50,261 nt of DNA, taken from an uncultured bacterium. GTDB taxonomy: Bacteria > Verrucomicrobiota > Kiritimatiellia > PWTM01. The translations under genes were made by a program, and so were the position numbers. The notes beneath the pieces are model-generated. The model was not told the origin of the DNA and did no database searches. It was given only the letters and a program-made list of their open reading frames with translations. The DNA is taken from positions 1 to 50,261 of the forward strand of contig CALGXT010000069.1 in the NCBI GenBank assembly GCA_937935255.1. The letters are read 5' to 3'. Below, piece after piece: positions 46,170 to 50,261 of this stretch; position 1 is the stretch's first letter; every line of letters begins with the position of its first letter.

Positions 46170-47266
46170 AACGGTCCTTTCGGCTCGGGCAGCTTTTCGG
46201 CGTGGATATCCAGGTGCACGCCACATTCCTGCTCATCGTGCTGTGGTACTTCTGGACCGGATGGCGGGAGGGCGGCTGGCGACGGGGGCTCGGGTCGGCG
46301 TTGTTCGGGCTGTGTCTGTTCGGCGGCATTGTCTTGCATGAACTCGGCCACAGCCTGATGGCGCGGCGTTTCGGCATCGCCACGCGCTCCATCACGTTGT
46401 TTCCAATCGGCGGCGTTGCCGGTCTGGCGAAAATCCCGCGACGGCCGGGACATGAATTGGCGATTGCGTTGGCGGGGCCGGCGGTGAGTTTCGCGCTGGC
46501 CGGTCTCCTGCTGGCCGCGCGCGGCGGATGGCCCGCGTGGGCGAGTCTGGCGGAGGGACCGCGATCGCTGGGCGGACTGCTTGACCTCTTGGCCGTGGCG
46601 AATTTTGCGCTCGGCGCGTTCAACCTGATCCCCGCGTTTCCGATGGACGGCGGCCGCGCGCTGCGCGCGTTGATGGCGTGGTTCGTTTCCTATGAGCGCG
46701 CGACCGCAGCGGCCGCGTACGCCGGACAGGCCTTCGCGTTGGCGCTCGCGGCGCTCGGCGTTTATATCGGGCAGCCGTTCACCGTCGCATTGGGCGTCTT
46801 CCTGATTGTGCTGGCGCGGCGGGAGCATGGCCAGGTGCGGATGGCGGCGGCGCTTGGCGAGCGTCGCGCGTGCGATCTGATGGATGTCGGCGCCTTTGCC
46901 GCGCCGCCGGACTTGCCGGTCGCAACCGCGCTGGCGGCGTTCGGGGCGGATGGCGGCGAGATTCCCGTCGTCGCGGAGGGACGGTTGGTGGGATTGCTGG
47001 ATTTGCCCTCGGCGCGCCGGGCGTTGCGCGCGGGTCGAGGCGAATCGCCGGTTTCCGAATGGATGCGCCGTCGGTTTATTGTGTTGCCGCCCGATGCGCC
47101 GCTGCGCGAGATCGCCCCCTGGCTGGCGCGCGGCGGACAGTCGGCCTATCCGGTGGCGGCCGGCGGTGTGTTGCTGGGCATGCTGCGCGCCGCCGATGTT
47201 CGCATCGCGGGCGCGCGGCCGCGTCGGCCCGCCGCATCCGGCGGCTGGCGGCTCGATTTCGGTTGA
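46166..47266 (+). CDS. Site-2 protease (M50) with C-terminal CBS-like domains
   Basis: HELGH, IALAGP, FNLIPAFPMDGGR. Confidence 0.92.
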   Translation: MKRSFRLGQLFGVDIQVHATFLLIVLWYFWTGWREGGWRRGLGSALFGLCLFGGIVLHELGHSLMARRFGIATRSITLFPIGGVAGLAKIPRRPGHELAIALAGPAVSFALAGLLLAARGGWPAWASLAEGPRSLGGLLDLLAVANFALGAFNLIPAFPMDGGRALRALMAWFVSYERATAAAAYAGQAFALALAALGVYIGQPFTVALGVFLIVLARREHGQVRMAAALGERRACDLMDVGAFAAPPDLPVATALAAFGADGGEIPVVAEGRLVGLLDLPSARRALRAGRGESPVSEWMRRRFIVLPPDAPLREIAPWLARGGQSAYPVAAGGVLLGMLRAADVRIAGARPRRPAASGGWRLDFG

Positions 47267-47274
47267 GGTGTTCG

Positions 47275-48222
47275 GTGAAAGTCAGCGGATTCACTTTTGT
47301 TCGCAACGGCGTGCGGTACGGTTATCCCTTCGCGCAATCCATCCGGTCGGCACTGCCGATCGTGGACGAGTTTATCGTCGCGCTGGGCGACAGCGATGAC
47401 GGCACCGCGGAGAAGCTGCGGGAGATCGGCGATCCCAAGGTGCGCATCGTGCCGACGCAATGGAACGACGCGCTCAAGCCCAACGCGGCGGTCAAAGGCT
47501 TCGTCTACGGGCAACAGAAGTCCATCGCGCTGTTCAATTGCGCGGGGGACTGGGCTTTTTATCTGGAGGGCGACGAAATCGTCCATGAGAAAGACCTGCC
47601 CCTCATCCGCGGCGCGATGGAGCGGTATCTGGAGGATCCGACGGTCGAGAGTCTGGTCTTCGACTATCTGCATTTTTACGGGAACGGCAACACCGTGGCG
47701 TGGTCGCCGCGCTGGTATCGCTGCGCCCCCCGTATCATCCGCAACACGATTCCCGTCTGGGCGCCGAAGGGACTCTTCTTCATCGTGATGAAGGACCACA
47801 AGCGGGGACGGTATCCGCGCGCGGCCCACACGGGAGCGGTAATTTATCATTACGGCTGGGTGCGCGCCGAGGAACAGGCCTACCTCAAGAATCTCAGCAT
47901 CGCCCGGCATTGGCGCGGCAACGTCGTGCCCGTGGATTATGGCGACATTGATGAGCGTTCGTTGCGGCCATTTCAGGGCGAACACCCCGCGGTTATTCGG
48001 GACTGGCTGCCGAAGGCCGAAGGCCTTTTTCAGGCCCGGCCGGGCCGCCGTCCCACGGCCCGCGACCGCAAACACCGCTGGATGCTCTGGCTGGAGGAGC
48101 GGCTCGGACTCGAACTCACCAAGAAGCATTATCGTCTGGTGCGACCGCGCCCCGCGCCGCAAACCGTCGCGCGTCCGCCGCGGAACGGCGCGCGACCGGC
48201 GTCGCGCGAAACCCCGCCTTGA
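47275..48222 (+). CDS. Glycosyltransferase family 2-like
   Basis: GTG start giving (M)KVSGFTFVRNG; DSDDGT, FYLEGDE, YHYGW. Confidence 0.82.
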   Translation: MKVSGFTFVRNGVRYGYPFAQSIRSALPIVDEFIVALGDSDDGTAEKLREIGDPKVRIVPTQWNDALKPNAAVKGFVYGQQKSIALFNCAGDWAFYLEGDEIVHEKDLPLIRGAMERYLEDPTVESLVFDYLHFYGNGNTVAWSPRWYRCAPRIIRNTIPVWAPKGLFFIVMKDHKRGRYPRAAHTGAVIYHYGWVRAEEQAYLKNLSIARHWRGNVVPVDYGDIDERSLRPFQGEHPAVIRDWLPKAEGLFQARPGRRPTARDRKHRWMLWLEERLGLELTKKHYRLVRPRPAPQTVARPPRNGARPASRETPP

Positions 48223-48271
48223 CATCGCCGAAGCGATCGGACACGGTGTCGCGGTTTTCGGCTTTTTTTTG

Positions 48272-49036
48272 ATGAACGAGATTTCGAATACCGCTCCCGC
48301 GCCGGCGCGCTATGAAATCCGTCCGGCGGCGTTGCGCGTCAAAGAGCTGCCGGAACGCATGCAGCCGCGGGAGATGTTTCGGCGCGAAGGGGCCGAGCGC
48401 GTGCCGCCGGAGGTGTTGCTGGCCATCCTCCTGCGCTCGGGCGTGCCGGGGGTCAATGTGCTCGAGCTGGCCCGTTCGATGTTGTTGCATTTCGGAACGC
48501 TCAACGCGTTGGCGGAAGCCGATCTCGAGGAGCTTTCGGCCTTCAAAGGCGTGGGACCGGTCAAGGCGCAGATGCTCAAAGCGGCGTTGGAGCTGGCGCG
48601 GCGGATCTCGGAGGAAAAAAACGCCGACCGCCGCGCATTGACGAATCCGACCGATGTTTTCGAGGCGCTGCGCGAACGGGCCCGCGCCCTGCGCTGCGAG
48701 GTGTTCTGGGTGCTGCTGCTCGATACGAGAAACCGACTGCTGCGAACGCCGGGCGAGGTCTCGCGCGGGTTGTTGAACGCCAGTCTGGTGCATCCGCGCG
48801 AGGTTTTCAAGGACGCCATCCGGGCCTCCGCCGCCGCGGTGATCGTGGCGCACAACCATCCGTCGGGCGATCCTTCGCCGTCGGCCGAAGACCTGGCCAT
48901 CACGCGCCAGCTGGTCGAGGCGGGCCGCATCATCGGCATTCCCGTGATGGATCATGTGATTTTGGGCCGGCCCTCGCCGGACGCTCCGGGCTTCTTCAGC
49001 GTACGCGAGGCGGGTCTTGTGGATTTCGGAAAATAG
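48272..49036 (+). CDS. radC: RadC (JAB domain) family protein
   Basis: LLAILLRSG, GVGPVKA (HhH), VHPREVF, HNHPSGDPSPSAED, DHVI. Confidence 0.93.
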   Translation: MNEISNTAPAPARYEIRPAALRVKELPERMQPREMFRREGAERVPPEVLLAILLRSGVPGVNVLELARSMLLHFGTLNALAEADLEELSAFKGVGPVKAQMLKAALELARRISEEKNADRRALTNPTDVFEALRERARALRCEVFWVLLLDTRNRLLRTPGEVSRGLLNASLVHPREVFKDAIRASAAAVIVAHNHPSGDPSPSAEDLAITRQLVEAGRIIGIPVMDHVILGRPSPDAPGFFSVREAGLVDFGK

Positions 49037-49066
49037 AACGCCGGCGGTCCGGCGTGGAGAAACGTT

Positions 49067-49882
49067 ATGAGCATTCATTCTACCGCGAGCGTGGATTCGG
49101 CGGCGGAACTCGGCGCCGATGTCGAGATCGGCCCGTTCGCCGTGGTGGCGGCGGGCGCGCGGATCGGCGACGGCTGCCGCATCGGGCCGCACGCGGTCAT
49201 TTTCGGCGGCGTTCGTCTCGGGGCCCGCTGCCGCGTCCACGCGGGCGCGGTGCTCGGCGATCTGCCGCAGGATTTATCGTTTCGCGGCGCGGAAAGCTTC
49301 GTCGAAATCGCGGAGGAGTGCGCGATTCGCGAGGGCGTGACGATTCACCGCGGCACGAAGGAGGGTACGGTCACGCGCGTCGGTCCGCGCTGCTTCCTGA
49401 TGGCCAACTCGCATCTGGCGCACAACGTTCAACTGGGAGAGCGGGTGATCCTCGCCAACGGCGCGCTGCTGGCGGGCTATGTGACCGTCGGCGATTATGC
49501 CTTTATCAGCGGAAACGCCGCGGTGCATCAGTTCTGCCGCATCGGTCGGCTGGCCATGTTGGGCGGCGGCAGCTGCATCACCAAGGACTGTCCCCCGTTC
49601 TGCACGGTGCGCACCAATTCGCTCAACCGAGTGGCTGGTCTGAACGTCATCGGCCTGCGCCGGGCAGGCCTCGATGCGGCCACCCGCCTGCAAATCAAGC
49701 AGGCGTATAAACTGATCTACCGATCAGGACTCAATGTGACGCAGGGGCTGGAGGCCATTCGGCGCGAATTCACGTCGGGGCCGGCGCTCGAGTTCGCGAA
49801 CTTTATCGAAGGCGCCGCCCGCGGCATCTGCGGTGTCCTTCGCCTGGAGGAAGGCGAGGAGAACGGGGAAGATGAGGTGTGA
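49067..49882 (+). CDS. lpxA: UDP-N-acetylglucosamine O-acyltransferase
   Basis: Hexapeptide repeats; GDLPQDL, IREGVTIHRGT, HLAHN, VHQFCRIG, GLNVIGLRR. Confidence 0.94.
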   Translation: MSIHSTASVDSAAELGADVEIGPFAVVAAGARIGDGCRIGPHAVIFGGVRLGARCRVHAGAVLGDLPQDLSFRGAESFVEIAEECAIREGVTIHRGTKEGTVTRVGPRCFLMANSHLAHNVQLGERVILANGALLAGYVTVGDYAFISGNAAVHQFCRIGRLAMLGGGSCITKDCPPFCTVRTNSLNRVAGLNVIGLRRAGLDAATRLQIKQAYKLIYRSGLNVTQGLEAIRREFTSGPALEFANFIEGAARGICGVLRLEEGEENGEDEV

Positions 49883-49935
49883 AGCGCGCCGCAAAAAAAG
49901 ATTGAACATTTCTTTCTCGGGGATATCCTAACTCT

Positions 49936-50020
49936 CGATTTTTAGATTTGGAGAGCGGCGTAGCGTTTTCTCACGGGTTCCTCACCCTGACCTCCTTGGC
50001 GCTCGCCGCTCTCTTTTTTT
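49936..50020 (+). ncRNA. Candidate small structured RNA with CU-rich loops and an intrinsic terminator (5' end approximate)
   Basis: TTGAAC(49902)-16 bp-TATCCT(49924); stem gagagcggcg-t-agcg / cgct-cgccgctctc followed by T7; inner hairpin; unpaired CCTCCTT. Confidence 0.45.
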
Positions 50021-50125
50021 CTCGCGCAAATTCGGCGCCGGAAGCCGCGGCGCTGCCTGTAAAACATTTCAGCGCAATGAGGCGTTATGAGGAAATTGCA
50101 ATCGGCTGCTATGAATCATTAAACC

Positions 50126-50261
50126 ATGCGTTGGAATCGTCCCATCGTAAAGCGTTCCGGAATGCTATCTTCCGGGGCCTTGCTCGCCGCGGCGGCGCTG
50201 ATGTCCTGCCGTTCGCCGGAGGCGTGGCGGCGGGAAGCGGATGAGCGCGCTGGAGACCTGA
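50126..50261 (+). CDS. Partial lipoprotein running off the window edge; possibly TolC-like
   Basis: MRWNRPIVKRSGMLSSGALLAAAALMSCRSPEAWRREADERAGDL; lipobox-like LMSC; frame open to the edge. Confidence 0.55.
   Translation, partial: MRWNRPIVKRSGMLSSGALLAAAALMSCRSPEAWRREADERAGDL

Noticed and set aside
48272-49036. radC as a marker of a mobile element
   Set aside because: It is the full-length HhH+JAB chromosomal type, among housekeeping genes with no mobility genes nearby.
49948-50244. 98-aa ORF in the track
   Set aside because: TTG start, runs through the terminator-like structure, and overlaps out of frame a more plausible lipoprotein ORF starting at 50126.

Overview
High-GC bacterial chromosome segment, mostly housekeeping genes. 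The gene families suggest a PVC-superphylum organism, possibly Kiritimatiellae or Lentisphaerae (inference). Gene order: EF-G paralog-yebC-ruvC-lptF/G; a PilH/PilI/PilG-like ABC module plus LysE; a large secreted protein combining a degenerate esterase, a PDZ-like domain and a DUF6288-like domain; sulfatase; glycoside hydrolase; tRNA-Arg(UCG); a minus-strand Ser/Thr kinase-azoR-rhomboid-DUF1232 unit; a LexA-family repressor with an upstream GAAC-N4-GTTC palindrome; OM barrel-hisB-flippase; a GH106-like hydrolase; sufS-sufU; leuS; a symporter; sixA plus CYTH/CHAD; ECF sigma, anti-sigma and photolyase; then envelope and other genes (rfaE1, kdsB, glycosyltransferases, der, nifU, O-antigen ligase-like, M50 protease, radC, lpxA). 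I found no transposase, integrase or CRISPR array. The most unusual signal is non-coding. Five intergenic regions (1-610, 14361-14522, 20840-20955, 24400-24724, 29828-30391) are mosaics of recurring motifs: GTAG-REP hairpins with covarying stems, a GGGACAGAGA motif next to local tandem duplications, TCACAC/GTGTGA palindromes, TTCCAA-N3-TTGGAA doublets and heptamer runs. A candidate CU-loop small RNA with promoter and terminator follows lpxA. Product calls come from recognising motifs by eye, not from database searches.
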